This document shows, piece by piece, positions 22,271 to 35,000 of a DNA stretch of 64,000 nucleotides. Positions within the stretch are counted from its first letter, which is position 1, and the number at the start of each line of letters is the position of its first letter. This stretch comes from Naegleria gruberi. Taxonomy: Eukaryota. The notes under the pieces were generated by a model. The model was not told the DNA's origin and made no database searches. It saw only the letters and a list, made by a program, of their open reading frames with translations. The position numbers were made by a program, and so were the translations under genes. The stretch lies in NCBI GenBank assembly GCA_000004985.1, contig GG738845.1; one strand, given 5' to 3'.

Positions 22271-22491
22271 TTTTTTTTAAGGATGAACTGTCCACTACAG
22301 TCCAAGTATCGTGAGAGCATCCAGCTGAAGCATCCCTAGTGTTAAATCGTTTTAAAAATAAAATTTATACACAAGCCAAACCTTCCATTAAGATAAACAG
22401 TTTTGTGCTTTCTTTGCATCTCTATTGTATAGTTGGGTGACCACAGAATCAGGTAACAGTACTTTAACAGCGCACAACATCATCTATTAAT

Positions 22492-25400
22492 TTATTGGAA
22501 TAGTCTTCTATTAAGATTTTCCAACAAGTATCTTGGATAGATGGGGGTGCCATTTACAAGAACTGGTGAACGTTGAGGAATGATAGAAGGTTGAGATGGT
22601 GGTTGAATGATTGGAAGTGTTGGTGGTTGAACGGTGGGTCTTTGAATTGGTATTTGAATCCTAGGAATGGATGGCATTTGTGGAGGTAGGATATTTTGTG
22701 TTATAGGGGGAGGAGGAGTTTGAACAGTTGGGATAGGAATCGTTGGAATAATTGGAGTAACGATTGGAGGAGGTTGACTTGGAGTAAAAACCGGTGGATG
22801 TTTCTTTTCAACTTGTTTTGGTTGACTTGGAGGTAACATCTTAATGATAGGAAAAGGATCAGAAGTATAGACAAAATTAGAGAGTGATTCCGGAAGCATC
22901 CATACACCTTTCCAGAAACTTCTTTGTAGAAATCTCTCAGGACTATTATTGAACTCTAAAACAGACCTGGTATAGTGAGGATTATTTGATCTATCGAGTT
23001 GCATCTTGAGGTAGAGTAATTGTAAATCTTTGAAACTTCCGTTCCATGGTACTTCAGGAAACACTGGAGTAGAAGGATGGTTAACCATATTGTCGGATTC
23101 TAACTGTGATCGATTGATATCGAATACTTTCAATGTCAACTTTTCATACTCTCCCTTTTCATTTGCTGTTGTATCAAGTTGTAAGGCATTATCGTCCTTC
23201 AAGTAGTGAGGTGAGACTAGTAATGTAGCTGATTGCTCTGACTTTTCTCTCCATTCTTTAAGCCTTTTAGTCATTGATTCTTCGAATAGTCTTTGGAAAT
23301 ATGTTAATTGGCCAAAGGTAAAGTAATCTAATGGAGATTTTTGTATAATTCCAAACAACGGATCTTCCTTACTCTCCTCCACAGTAATAATATTATTAGT
23401 ATTGTCTGCTGATTTTTTGGAGAATTTTTTCACTATAGCCAACCTCTCCTTCTTGAATAATTTTTGAATATCATGTTGGTGAGATACTATTGAATAGACT
23501 TCATCTTTTGTGAGCTCATTCTTAAAAATATCATGTAGCAGTTTATCCTGTAGAGCTGGATCCGAGTTGTCTAGTTGATTTACCATAATGGATTGAGTAT
23601 AGTTTTCGTAATTATATACCTCTCTAAGTTTTTTTTCATTAGCATCAAGCTTTCTATGCTTTGATAGGAGTTTGGTCTTGTATCTTTGATCAATTCCATT
23701 CTTTTGAATGAATGCTCTTGTTATAACTCGAATTTGATTGTTTTCTTTTTGGTAAGATTCCAATAAAAGTTTAGCTAGCTCAGTGTTGTAATTTTTTGAT
23801 TCTATTGACTTTTTGGAAAGGGCTGTAGAGATGAAAGAGAAGGTTTCTGCGAACTGGGCACTTTGCATCATTCTTAACACAGAGTTGACAACGTTTTCAT
23901 ACGATTCGATTTTGGATTGTTTTCTAAACTCCTTCTCGAATGATATTTTTTCTTTTAGAGTCAATGATTGCCACTCCTTCATTGATGAATCCTTTCTTAC
24001 CATTTGATTATAGTAGGACCTTAGTTTTGAATAGTTTTTGATAGCATCCTGGTGCAATTGTATGATAGAATTTTCAGTACCATTTGGCTTGTAGGAAAGA
24101 ACTTCTCTCCTTTGTTCCCTATTCATTTGGTCGAGTAATTGATCAAGTATTCTGAACTCTCTGTCAATGATTAAATCTCTTTCCAATTCTAGCAAATCTT
24201 GGGTATTCTCCTTGTTTTGTTTTGCTGGTATATTGAGCAATTTGACAGATTGTTGAAAAATTCCTAAACTTTCCAATTTAGATTGTTCGAGTGGTGATAT
24301 TGTGTCGGTATAAATTACATTTTCGAGGCGCTTTCTCTCCTCTTCCAGTTTCTGCTTTAAAGTTTGAAGAGACTTTTTCTCTTCTTCACTTGGCTCGATG
24401 CCTGACAGAGATTTGGTGGCAATATTACTTTCTATTTGTACAACTGTCTGTTCTAGATGAAGTAAGGATATTTTATCAAAGCGTTGCTCTTGTATTTCAC
24501 TAACTCTAGGTAGTATGTTTTTTTGAATCTCTATGGTTTTCATTGTTGGATAAAACAACTTGTTAGCATTAAAATTATCAGGCATATTGGCAAGTTTAGA
24601 GAATTCATTAAATGACTGGTTTAGGCAATCATTTCTTATAGAGTTAATCTCCTTCGCAACATCCAATCCTTTAGAGAGTTGAATTAACTCTCCCTCTTTC
24701 CAAACATTCTCATCAACGGAAAAAGTATTGGAGAGGTAATGAGTTGATGTTGTAGAATTGTTATTCTCCATAATATTTTCACTCACATGTGTCTGAATCA
24801 AAGTATTTTCCTTCTGATTTTGCTCTGATTTCTGTTGAAGGGATTTTTTCCCTTCATTAATAAATGAAAAACTATTATTGAATGTATTTTCTTCCAGTGC
24901 TGAATGTTTAGAATCCTCCCTAACTAATTCATGGTAATATTGTTTGTGGTCTTTTTTCGAGAAGGATTTAGGAGATTTTTCAGTTGAGGTGCTGGAATTA
25001 GTCTTGAAAAATAGGTTTGCTATTTTGCGCGTTTCCATTAGTGCATATTTGGTGGAAATATGACTCTTCTCTACAAGATAAGAATATAATTCACCAAGTT
25101 TGAAAGAGTAGGGAGAAACTTCTGCATTCTCATCTTCGTTTAGTTTGGTACCAAGGGTCCAATCATATTTGTTTCCATCACTTGGGGACACACCAAAAAA
25201 TTTAAATCCAATAGTCGACTTTAGAATGCCATTCTTCAAGTGCTTATACTTATCCGTAAGTGGTGCGAAAATAGGTAATTTCAGCTTGAATAAAGAAGAG
25301 TCTAATCTTGTGATTGGAAGACTTGTTAATTCGTCCAAATTACTCCACTTGGTATCAGACTTGGTTACTTTTTGGAGAGCTCCCAATGAAGATAATTCTC

Positions 25401-26676
25401 GATTTTCAATTTTGGGAGTACTATTTTTCACAGAAAATCCCTTTTCTTCAATCTGCTTTTTGACATCTTTCATTTCTTCATAAGCGTTCTTATTATTTCC
25501 AAAATCTAACGTATTAGATAAACCATTCTTCCAAGAATTTACAGTAATGTTTGCATTTTCATATGTATTCTCTAAGAGGATATCTTTTGAAACAGGCTCT
25601 TCAACAAGCTGAGGTTTAGGTATATTGAACTGATCACTTGGTATTTCAAGTACTCTTGGAGTCTCTGAGTGAGTATTATACACCTCTAATCTTTTCCCAA
25701 TATCCCCAACTAATTCTTCTAATTCTTTCCACTGATCTTCACTCAGATCTTCTAATATGTTTTGGGGTTCCATTTTTTTGGAAGAATCTTTCAAATAGTT
25801 GACAAGATTTTCTATCCACTTGAACTCCTCCTTATTGGTGGCATTAACAAGTTTGATTTCGAGATTCCTCATTTCGTTTTCTATTGCTGTTTTTCTTTCC
25901 TCTAGAGTTGCATCCATAAAGAGACCAGACTCTAGCAGGTAAATAGGAGAAAAATGGTCAACTAGTAAGCTTTCCGCATAACCTGTAGTTCCATATAATA
26001 GCTTTAAAGCCTTTAGTTTGGCAAGAGCATTTCTCTTCTTGTTTCCTGGAATGTTGGTATTAGAAATGTTTGACTTGTTGCCTTCTGCCCATCTAACTTT
26101 CGCAGAGTTCTTTTCATTACTTATTGGGTACAATTCTTTCAAATAATCCGCTTCAGAGCTATCTGTAAGATTTTTTCCAGTATCTGTTTTGAGCTCAAGA
26201 TTATTCTTATCAAGAATGATTTTCCTAATGTAATTTTTAAAATGGATCCAACTCTCTTCTGACATGTCAATACCAAAGAATGTCTCTATTTTTTGTTTTG
26301 TATTGGATATTTGGGAAACAGCCCTTAAAGAGCCTCCATTTTCCAAGTCCCCACCAACTATTATATCTTTCAAGTGTTCATAAAAATTAGTTCCCTCATG
26401 ATACTTATCTATATGTTTTGAGGTAGAGTACACTCTATGAGATTTAGTTATTATTTTTTGCTTGTCTGTTGAAGCAGTAGTTCCATTGGTGGTGCCAGAT
26501 GTGTAATTGCAAATCAATACATCTTTTATGTAGGGGTTGAAAGATTTGGAATTATCTTCCTCATCTGAAGAGTCTCCATTGTTGTTGAGTAAATAGGAAT
26601 CATTGGAAAATTCAGAAACTAAACTTTCCTTGTTTTGAATCTTGTTGATAGATGCTGCTGGTACAATACAGTTCAA
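22492..26676 (-). CDS. Large hypothetical protein of 1394 aa with a proline-rich C-terminal tail
   Basis: Uninterrupted ORF. The last roughly 100 aa are PP/PxxP-rich (PPVFTPSQPPPIVTPIIPTIPIPTVQTPPPP...). No family recognised. It may be continuous with the adjacent ORF at 26708..27334. Confidence 0.5.
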   Translation of the reverse strand: MNCIVPAASINKIQNKESLVSEFSNDSYLLNNNGDSSDEEDNSKSFNPYIKDVLICNYTSGTTNGTTASTDKQKIITKSHRVYSTSKHIDKYHEGTNFYEHLKDIIVGGDLENGGSLRAVSQISNTKQKIETFFGIDMSEESWIHFKNYIRKIILDKNNLELKTDTGKNLTDSSEADYLKELYPISNEKNSAKVRWAEGNKSNISNTNIPGNKKRNALAKLKALKLLYGTTGYAESLLVDHFSPIYLLESGLFMDATLEERKTAIENEMRNLEIKLVNATNKEEFKWIENLVNYLKDSSKKMEPQNILEDLSEDQWKELEELVGDIGKRLEVYNTHSETPRVLEIPSDQFNIPKPQLVEEPVSKDILLENTYENANITVNSWKNGLSNTLDFGNNKNAYEEMKDVKKQIEEKGFSVKNSTPKIENRELSSLGALQKVTKSDTKWSNLDELTSLPITRLDSSLFKLKLPIFAPLTDKYKHLKNGILKSTIGFKFFGVSPSDGNKYDWTLGTKLNEDENAEVSPYSFKLGELYSYLVEKSHISTKYALMETRKIANLFFKTNSSTSTEKSPKSFSKKDHKQYYHELVREDSKHSALEENTFNNSFSFINEGKKSLQQKSEQNQKENTLIQTHVSENIMENNNSTTSTHYLSNTFSVDENVWKEGELIQLSKGLDVAKEINSIRNDCLNQSFNEFSKLANMPDNFNANKLFYPTMKTIEIQKNILPRVSEIQEQRFDKISLLHLEQTVVQIESNIATKSLSGIEPSEEEKKSLQTLKQKLEEERKRLENVIYTDTISPLEQSKLESLGIFQQSVKLLNIPAKQNKENTQDLLELERDLIIDREFRILDQLLDQMNREQRREVLSYKPNGTENSIIQLHQDAIKNYSKLRSYYNQMVRKDSSMKEWQSLTLKEKISFEKEFRKQSKIESYENVVNSVLRMMQSAQFAETFSFISTALSKKSIESKNYNTELAKLLLESYQKENNQIRVITRAFIQKNGIDQRYKTKLLSKHRKLDANEKKLREVYNYENYTQSIMVNQLDNSDPALQDKLLHDIFKNELTKDEVYSIVSHQHDIQKLFKKERLAIVKKFSKKSADNTNNIITVEESKEDPLFGIIQKSPLDYFTFGQLTYFQRLFEESMTKRLKEWREKSEQSATLLVSPHYLKDDNALQLDTTANEKGEYEKLTLKVFDINRSQLESDNMVNHPSTPVFPEVPWNGSFKDLQLLYLKMQLDRSNNPHYTRSVLEFNNSPERFLQRSFWKGVWMLPESLSNFVYTSDPFPIIKMLPPSQPKQVEKKHPPVFTPSQPPPIVTPIIPTIPIPTVQTPPPPITQNILPPQMPSIPRIQIPIQRPTVQPPTLPIIQPPSQPSIIPQRSPVLVNGTPIYPRYLLENLNRRLFQ

Positions 26677-26707
26677 GAAATATAGTAGGAGCCGATTTAC
26701 TACACGG

Positions 26708-27334
26708 TCATACTTGAATTTTGTCTCTTCTACTTTTCTTTAAATGTGAATTAATTTGTGACAGTAACTTACCATCATTCTTTCTAAAAAACAATTTTTT
26801 CTCTTTAGATCCATCACAATCCGAAAATGATACAATCTTCTTTAGCAATTCTCTTTCTTTGTGAGCAATAAAAAGCTCAAGTAAAACTAATTCATCCTCT
26901 TCCTTTTCTAAATCAATTATTTTTCTATTAGCCTCCAACCACTCTCTAAAGGAATCATAAATTATACCCTCCTTCTTTTCTATTTTTTCTTCATTATTTT
27001 CTAAGTTTACAAGTGATGAGTTATTATTTTGATTTGTTAACGTATCATTAATCTTTTCCGATACCAATTCTTCTTTTTGTAATGGCTGATTTTGTTCAGC
27101 AACATTGCCCTTGTTTGATAATTCTTCGAGGAATTTTGAATTTAATTCCTCTCTAATTTTTCCAAAATCAACTCCCGATAGTGATTGATTACCCTTTTGT
27201 TGATTTTCATCATTTTCTAAATCTCCAATAGTCAAATCCTGTATTAATTGTTCGAATAATTCATCATCCTCTTGGGTCCAACTGGATCTTCGGCTTGAAA
27301 TATTTGAATGATGTGGGGCTTCATTATTCATCAT
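26708..27334 (-). CDS. Hypothetical acidic protein of 208 aa. Possibly a 5' exon of the downstream large gene
   Basis: ORF with ATG and an acidic, low-complexity centre. It ends 32 nt before the 1394-aa ORF on the same strand. A canonical splice joining the two was not found with confidence. Confidence 0.35.
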   Translation of the reverse strand: MMNNEAPHHSNISSRRSSWTQEDDELFEQLIQDLTIGDLENDENQQKGNQSLSGVDFGKIREELNSKFLEELSNKGNVAEQNQPLQKEELVSEKINDTLTNQNNNSSLVNLENNEEKIEKKEGIIYDSFREWLEANRKIIDLEKEEDELVLLELFIAHKERELLKKIVSFSDCDGSKEKKLFFRKNDGKLLSQINSHLKKSRRDKIQV

Positions 27335-27547
27335 TGTTTCATTTTTTCTTTATTATTAAAACTTAAAATATTTTACAACATGAAGGTGCATGATAAAAGG
27401 ACAATTCATAATTTCTTTTTAAATCCAAAGAGCGTTCAGAATTAACCTGATCAAGATGTTTCAAAATTGTTATAATCTCTTTGAATTTTTGAACCCATTA
27501 TTTTCCCAATCTTTTTGGATGAATAATTGGTTAAATCAAAAAAAACA

Positions 27548-28351
27548 ATGCAAATCATAACATTGATTTGTGTGGTATTGTTGGTCTTGGCTCTTGTCAT
27601 TCCATTTGGAGATCATGTAAATGCAACTCTCGGGGTAGACATGAGTTTGCAACAATGTCAAACAGCAACTCTTGAACATTGGAAGTGTTTGAAAAGAAGT
27701 GGATTTGATTTTGGTAGGTTGATTGTTGAATTTCAGTATTATTAATTTTGTAAAGCAATCATTGAAGTATGGAATGGAGGATATCAATTTAATGACAATA
27801 TTAAAAAATGTATTGATGATGCAAAACTGGCTGGATTCCTCCATGTTGACGTTTATGCTTTCCTCTGCCCTAATTGTCGAGGTAACAATAATGCTGGTGA
27901 AGCCATTGAAAGAATGTTGTATTCATTACACAAGATGAATGCCACCTATGGTGGTTTATGGATTGATGTGGAACAATGTACCAATTGTTGGTATAGTGAC
28001 CTAAATATGAATACAAATTATCTTTACAATGCCTCAAAAGCAGCTCAAGAATTTTTCAGTAAAGAAGGTAAAAATCGTAAAGTTGGTATCTACTCATCAG
28101 TTTACGAATGGAAAATTACTGTTGAAACGAATGATCTATCCAGAAAATTAAAGTAAGTATTAAGCATGAATTGAAATTAAATAATCGAAAATTCAAGTAA
28201 TTTGCAATTATGGTATGCTCATTATGACGGAGAAAGTAACTTTTCTGATACATGGGCCTATTCATTTAATGGGTGGACAAAACCAAGTATTAAACAATAT
28301 AATGATCATGGTCCTTCGTGTGGTGTAGATGTTGATGTTAATTTTTATTAA
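27548..28351 (+). CDS. Secreted GH25 (Chalaropsis-type) lysozyme/N-acetylmuramidase. Three exons, about 27548..27712, 27755..28152 and 28198..28351
   Basis: Signal peptide (MQIITLICVVLLVLALVIPFG). GH25 N-terminal motif GVDMS...W...SGFDFG. Intron 1 is 42 nt (GTAGGT...AAAG, phase 1) and joins to AIIEVWNGGYQFNDNIKKCIDDAKLAGFLHVDVYAF. Intron 2 is 45 nt (GTAAGT...TTCAAG, phase 2) and joins to NNLQLWYAHYDGESNFSDTWAYSFNGWTKPSIKQYNDHG...VDVDVNFY, the GH25 C-terminal motif. Confidence 0.75.
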
Positions 28352-28481
28352 CATTTTTGATAATCCTTAAATAAATTATTAAATAAAGTTTTTAGAATAT
28401 GATATTATTAGATTATTCTTAAAAAAGAGCTCAATAATTGTATTGAAATTTAAAAATAAATTTTTATTGATTCAATAAAAA

Positions 28482-28772
28482 ATGCAAGGATCTAAAAAGC
28501 CTGGCCAAATTAAGAGCAAAACACAAAAGACCAAGAACGCTCCAACCAAGCGGGGTATTGTCAAGAAGTGTAAAACCAAGCAAGAAGCCCTCAAGAGAGA
28601 AATTAAAAAGCAATGTGTTACATCTATGAGCGCCGTCATTGAAAGCGAGATGGTTGCCAAAATGAAAAAGGACGGAAAACCATTGCATGTTTTGGCTGGC
28701 AAGGCCGATGAAACTCCAGCAACAACCAAGCCAAAAAAATCAACAAAAAAGAAGACTAACAAGAAGAAGTAA
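28482..28772 (+). CDS. Small basic protein of 96 aa, UPF0390 (Leydig-cell-tumour 10 kDa, L10K)-like
   Basis: It starts MQGSKKPGQIKSK... and is lysine-rich with a conserved central block (KREIKKQCVTSMSAVIESEMVAKMKK). The overall pattern matches the UPF0390 family. Confidence 0.4.
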   Translation: MQGSKKPGQIKSKTQKTKNAPTKRGIVKKCKTKQEALKREIKKQCVTSMSAVIESEMVAKMKKDGKPLHVLAGKADETPATTKPKKSTKKKTNKKK

Positions 28773-29099
28773 TATTATTATTTTGTATTGACAATATTGG
28801 ACCATCAGAGAGGAATGAAATGACTTTTTTCTGGGTCAACAAAGGAGAAGATTATCGATTTAATTTGATAGTGCTTTAATGTTGTTGGTTTCCAAACAAT
28901 AATTAAAAGATCATTCTTGTATGATATTGTTGGTGATTCTTTCAAAAGACCTGCCGAATGAATTAGCTTTTTCTCAACTCATGAGATTTTTAGTGAAAAT
29001 TTTCTAAAGTCATGCATGAATTTGATCATGAATCTCATCAAATGTACCCATCCAGATTATTTTAAAAAAATTAATAAATAAGAGGTATTGCAAATTGTG

Positions 29100-32000
29100 A
29101 TGAAATCTTACCTCTTCAATAAACTTGGACTGGGTAGACTAAACACATCTCCAACTCCAAACACACCAACAAAATCATCAAACTTTGGAGGTTTGGATTC
29201 TCCATTATCAACAACAGGATTTAATTCACCAATAGATAAAAAGGACGAAGATGAATATAAGCGATACGAGGAAGTTTTTCTTCATCCCTTCTCAACACTT
29301 ATAGAAATTAATTTTGAAAGTGAAGATTTAGTTAAAGCTTGGAATAATTTTACAGTAAATCTTTCAAAAGAGACTTTACTGATTTCACTCGAAGACGTTA
29401 GTATTTATATAATTTACTTTTCCGATTTAATAATTTTATAGTCAAAGATCTCATCATTTGAGACATTTATTCAATTATTTAAAGACAAGTATTATGATTG
29501 GTATCCACCACAACATATTCTAGAGATTACCAATACACAACAACAGTTAACATCATCAAGACCAAGAAGTAGAGTCGTGACAACAACATCATTATCAAAT
29601 TCAGATGAAATTTTACATTCACTACAATCAGGATCTGTCTTTGATTCGACAAATCATTCTATTGTCAAAATTACAGGATTTTCTGGTGTAATTGGACATC
29701 CTATCGATGTGTTATCGATAATTTGTTCATATTTCCAACAACAAGTACAACATGTATTGAATGGTAGGTATTTAACATTCTAGATAATGTACAATAATAT
29801 TAAATAATAATAATAATAATAGGAAGAGGAGAATTTGATTTCCAAAAGACAAACAAATATAATCCCAAATCACTCTACTTATTGGAAGTGATTGAAATTT
29901 TAACCAGATCTCACCATAATAGATTATTGATGAAAGATTTTAATGTTCTTCCTTTTGTATCAAGTTTACTAAAGGTGGCATTACTTAAACTTCAACTTAC
30001 TATTGCAGATAAGAGATTTAGTGATAAGGAAATATCAACTCTTTCATTGGAATTAGCTGCTGAAGTGGAATTGGAAATGAGGACAACATTGGATTTTGTA
30101 ATATATATTCTATCAAATTGTATCCAAATATTTTCACATTTTTGTGAGGCTGGCAGTATTGTTGGAAATTCACAAGCATCAACAAGTACCAATAATGCAA
30201 CTAATACTTCATCAAACAACAATTCGGATACTCTTACTATTAGTACATCAAGATTAACAATAACATCATCAGAGGGTATTAAAAATTCTCCTAATACTTG
30301 GTCACAAAATAATAAGAATTATAGAAAACAAAAAATATTGACCTATATTACATCTAGAGAAGATGTTGATTTTATGAATATTATTATTGATATGCTTACA
30401 ACTTTTAGAGATTCAATTTCAAAACAATATGATGGACATTTCCATAGTGAACATTACTATGATAATTGGAGTTTTTTATTCAATTTTCAAGAGGCAACAA
30501 TGCAAATAGTTAGATCTGTTGTATGTACTGATAAACTAAAGTATGCTGGTCAACTTGCAGAGTATCAATTTAGAGATTTATTTCTGTCACGTGGTGGTTG
30601 TGACGTTCTTGTAAAATATCTTGGGTGGCCTATTGAACACGTCTCTATTCTTCAAGATGTTGAATGGTATGAAATTGATATATTATCTCTGGACAATGAC
30701 AGACTTAATCATTATTTTCAAATTCAATATTTAACTATGAAAATTATTACAAAACTAATCGAGTATAATTACTCTTATTTAAGACTCTTTGGAAAACAAG
30801 GTTTTGCAAGAATAAGAGAAACTGGGTTATGGATTTCATTTTTCTTCACATTAAACAAGGATTATGATAATCAAACTCAGACCCTTAGAAATAATCCATT
30901 GCCTCAGTTGGGGTCAGTTGTTAGATCTAGGAGTGGATCTCTTGATCTGGCAAACTTTAGATTTCCTCCAACTCCAATATCCAATTCGAGTGGTTTAGGC
31001 ATTAAATCTTTCCCATGTCCTGGTTTTATCTCTAAAACTATGAATGAGAGAGTGATGCAATTTTTTGACTGTTTACGGAAATTGGTCAAACTTTCAACAA
31101 TAATTTCATTCCCAAAAACTGTCCATAGCTCAACACCAGGAACACCTTCCAATAATTTTGCATTCCCTGATACTACATTCACAACGCATCTCAACAACAC
31201 AGAACAAGATCAACATTTACAAAGAAAACTATCCAGGTTACTTTTTTCATTTTTCATAGATGAAAATGAAAAGGATCAAATGACGGACAAATCACTCAGA
31301 AAGTTAAAAATGATTAGTGATTTTCCACTTTACTTTATGGATAGTATCAACAGATTGGTTTCTGAATCTCAGACAGCTCTCGATGTTATGGTTTCAAATG
31401 GGTTATATGATGTTTTATTTTCTGAATATTTCTATCTATATGGTGGAGCACTCAATCAACTTAATAGATTTGAAAAATATTCCCAGACTGACCTTCAAAA
31501 AACAAGTGAGGAAGAAAAGTTTATATTTTCAAAAAGTGAAATTTCTTCACTTGTAGAATGTACATCTGCTGTATTGAGATCTAGTGTTATTGATTTTTTG
31601 AAATATACAGCAACTATTCGAGGAAGAAACAATGTTGAAGAATGCAGAAGGTTGATAGATATTATGCAATTATACAAGGAAAACTCCTTAGTAATTTCAG
31701 AGGTTGGGTTATGTCTGTTGGATATCATTAGACAAAATCATGACATTACACAAGAGAGCTTGTTTTCCATCAAGGCCATGTCTGTACTTTCTCATGTCGT
31801 TGGAAAGCAACATGCTATCATTAGAAAATTTGAAACAGACAATCAACAATCCCAATTTTACCAAGTTGAATATACCGAGGACCATTTGAGAGCAATCGAA
31901 GCCAGAAACATCATGCTTAATATTTTAGATTTTACCTTAACTTTTGAAAACTCTTTAACTTTAGCATTACAGAACCATAATACCCTAGAGACACTTTTCA

Positions 32001-35000
32001 AAGTTATTCTAGATCCAACATTGAAGAATTTTGTATTGGTTCACGTACGTCAACTGATGAACACAAAGAATATCGAACATTCTCACGAGTTTGAAATTTT
32101 ACTTACCTATTTTACTGAAGTTTTTCCAATTATTATGGATAATCCAACCCAACAAAATTTACAACTGCTAATGGAAATGTTAGCAGCTGTGCAGAAGGGT
32201 TTATGTGCTTCAAACAAGAAATTATTACAAACACAATTCAGGGACAAGCTTGACAAGTTTATGCACTTGCTCAACTTGGACATTCCAACAATTATTCCAC
32301 CAAATAATACAGAATTTATCACAAGGCACTGTTTAGCTATGGAGGTAATAAGAACACTTACTACACTCATTTCCGATAACTCTAAATCAAAGCACCACTT
32401 TAAAAGCATTTTAGGCTATGACACTTTCAAGAATTTGATTTTACATTGTGAGCAAAATAATCCATCACCAGAAATTTTCAATGTACTTTTTGACATGTTG
32501 GCAGATGGCGAATTTGATAGCGAGACAAAATATGCAATTCAAAATCCAGATGTAGCCCGTTTAATTTTCCATCTATCAATGCACTGTGAACTGAGCTATA
32601 TTTCTTCATTGGTGGCCAAATTTTCTTGTCTTGTTCAGAAATCTACAAACAATAGAAATATTTGTTGTTCTGTAGGGTTAATTAGCTCTCTATTAGACTT
32701 ATTGACAAGATTTGAAAAGGAATCATTCTCTGAAGAAAAGACAGTGAGCGATATCGTAAATCTTATTGAAACTATTGGAAGACATTCAATTACTGTCAAG
32801 GAATTGAAAGGGTTCCTCGGTCTTATTAAGAGACAATCAGATAGAGATCAATCAGACTTTCTGGCACTACTCTTGAAAGCCCTTAAAAATATGACTCAAA
32901 GCTCTCCTGATGCCTTTTTCGATTTCAATGGCACCAACTCAGGACTTGTCTTACCAACTATTGATAACAGAGTATGGCCTAACACTAAGGGATATTCTGT
33001 TTCTATGTGGGTGAGAGTTGAAAGTTTTGTAGAGTCTAGACCATCCGCTCCTAATTCTAATCCAATGACTCCTATTTCCTCTGTAAAGAGTTTATCGTTC
33101 ACTACAGATCTACAAAGAAAGGAATCCTTCCAATTCATTCCACGTTCAACTACATACAAACCAAGATTGATCAGCTTCTATAATTCTGAAGGTCAAGGAT
33201 TTGAAGTATATTTTGAGGAAAATTCTATGAATATTGTTGTTCAACATTCCCAAAAGAAGCAGTACATCGAGAAGTTAAATTACAAATTCGAGGAAAAGGT
33301 GTGGTATCATATTGTATTAACTCACAGTTATGGAAAAGGACCTTTTTCGTTCTCTAAGAATGAGTTGAGACTGTATATTAATGGCTTGTGTGTTGAGCCT
33401 AAAATCCAACTCAAATATCCAAGTCTTCACAAGCCTTTGGATAAATGTATGATTGGTTCTAGCTATCTGGTTAATGAGAGCTTACAACAAGGAAGCACAC
33501 CAACACATAAGCGACAAGCAAGTAGCTCTAATTCTGAAAATCCAAACTTTAATGGACAAATGGGTACTATTTGTGTATTTGATGAGACCTTACTTCCAAA
33601 CATTATTCAATTAATTTATAACTTGGGTTACAATTATATGAATTGCTTCCAACCTACAGATTCTGTTCTAGCTAAACAATCACAAGAATACCTTCAATTA
33701 TTTGATGGATCTATTACACAAAAGATCATATTGTGTTATAGTCCAAAGGCCAGAGCAAACTATAATAAGATATGCCTTAACAATACTCCTGAAGCATTCT
33801 ATCAACTTCAATTACATAATGGTTTGGTATCAGGTGTTGAAAATGTTCCACAAATCAAGTCAGATATCCATCAAGCCATGCTCAACTCGAGAATTTTGAA
33901 TGGTACTCAACTTTGTGTAACACACAATGCAAAAGATATTATTGGTTGTTTGGGAGGTATCAAAGTCTTGTTCCCTCTATTTTTACAAATGGATCGTCTT
34001 TCCCATACAGATCAAGTTATTAGCGAAAAAGCCGACCCATTCCTTGTTAATACCTTATTTTCATTGATAATAGATTTATTGAGTGCTCACAATGACAACT
34101 TGGAAGATATGGCACGTTGCAGAGGTTTTTTAGTTATTAGTTTCTTGTTGAAACAAATATCTCCTCAACATTTAACACGTAATACTGTTGCATTGATACC
34201 TTCACTTCTCTCTTGTGCTAAAGATCACTCAGTGTTGTATTCTGATATTGTGAACTACCTTGTATTTAATTTTAGATTGTGGATTTATACTGACGTTGAA
34301 GTTCAAAAACTATTATTCCAACAATTATTGGATATTTCTAATGAAAAGAAGGATAATTTCACTAAAATTAGGGAAATTTTGGGTGTTCAAAAATTGTTAG
34401 ACCTTATGAGATGGTTTTATTGGTATGAAAGAGCCAAATCTAATTCTACAGAAAGTGAATACCAGTTGGGAACAGAAAAAATTTGTAATCCAGCCACAGG
34501 AGCTGTTTTAGGTCAAAGACCAAGTCAAGAAAATATCTATGAAATCAGACAAAAGCTTACAAAACTTTTGAAATGTCTGACATCAAAATCAGCAGAAATT
34601 GTTATTGTAAATAATGATGAAAGACTAACAACCACAACAGGTACTGTACTCACTACAGCAACCTCTATTTCATATCCAGAACTAGAAGCCATCATTAACT
34701 TATTGGCTGATTGTAATGATAATATGCAATATTCAGATGTAGTTATCTTTGTTTTGGAGCTTTTACTTTCTCCTGATGGAGTTGTAATTGCAGACATGTT
34801 AGCGAATATGAAAGCCTACCAAGTTTTTGTTCAATTACTCTATACTCATCACGAACCAACAAGACTCAACATTCTGAAATGCATCGGCCAAATGTTAATA
34901 CTCAATCCAAAACTAAGACAAAGAGTTTTTGCAGAGACTTCTTATGGTTTTTCTACTATTACCAATATTCTTACCATTTTCAATATTACCATTCAGACCT

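Noticed and set aside
26676-26708. Short intron joining ORF 26708..27334 to ORF 22492..26676
   Set aside because: No canonical GT-AG pair gives an in-frame junction within the 32-nt gap. Only a weak GTAGAA donor further upstream works, so the two ORFs are reported separately, with the possibility noted.
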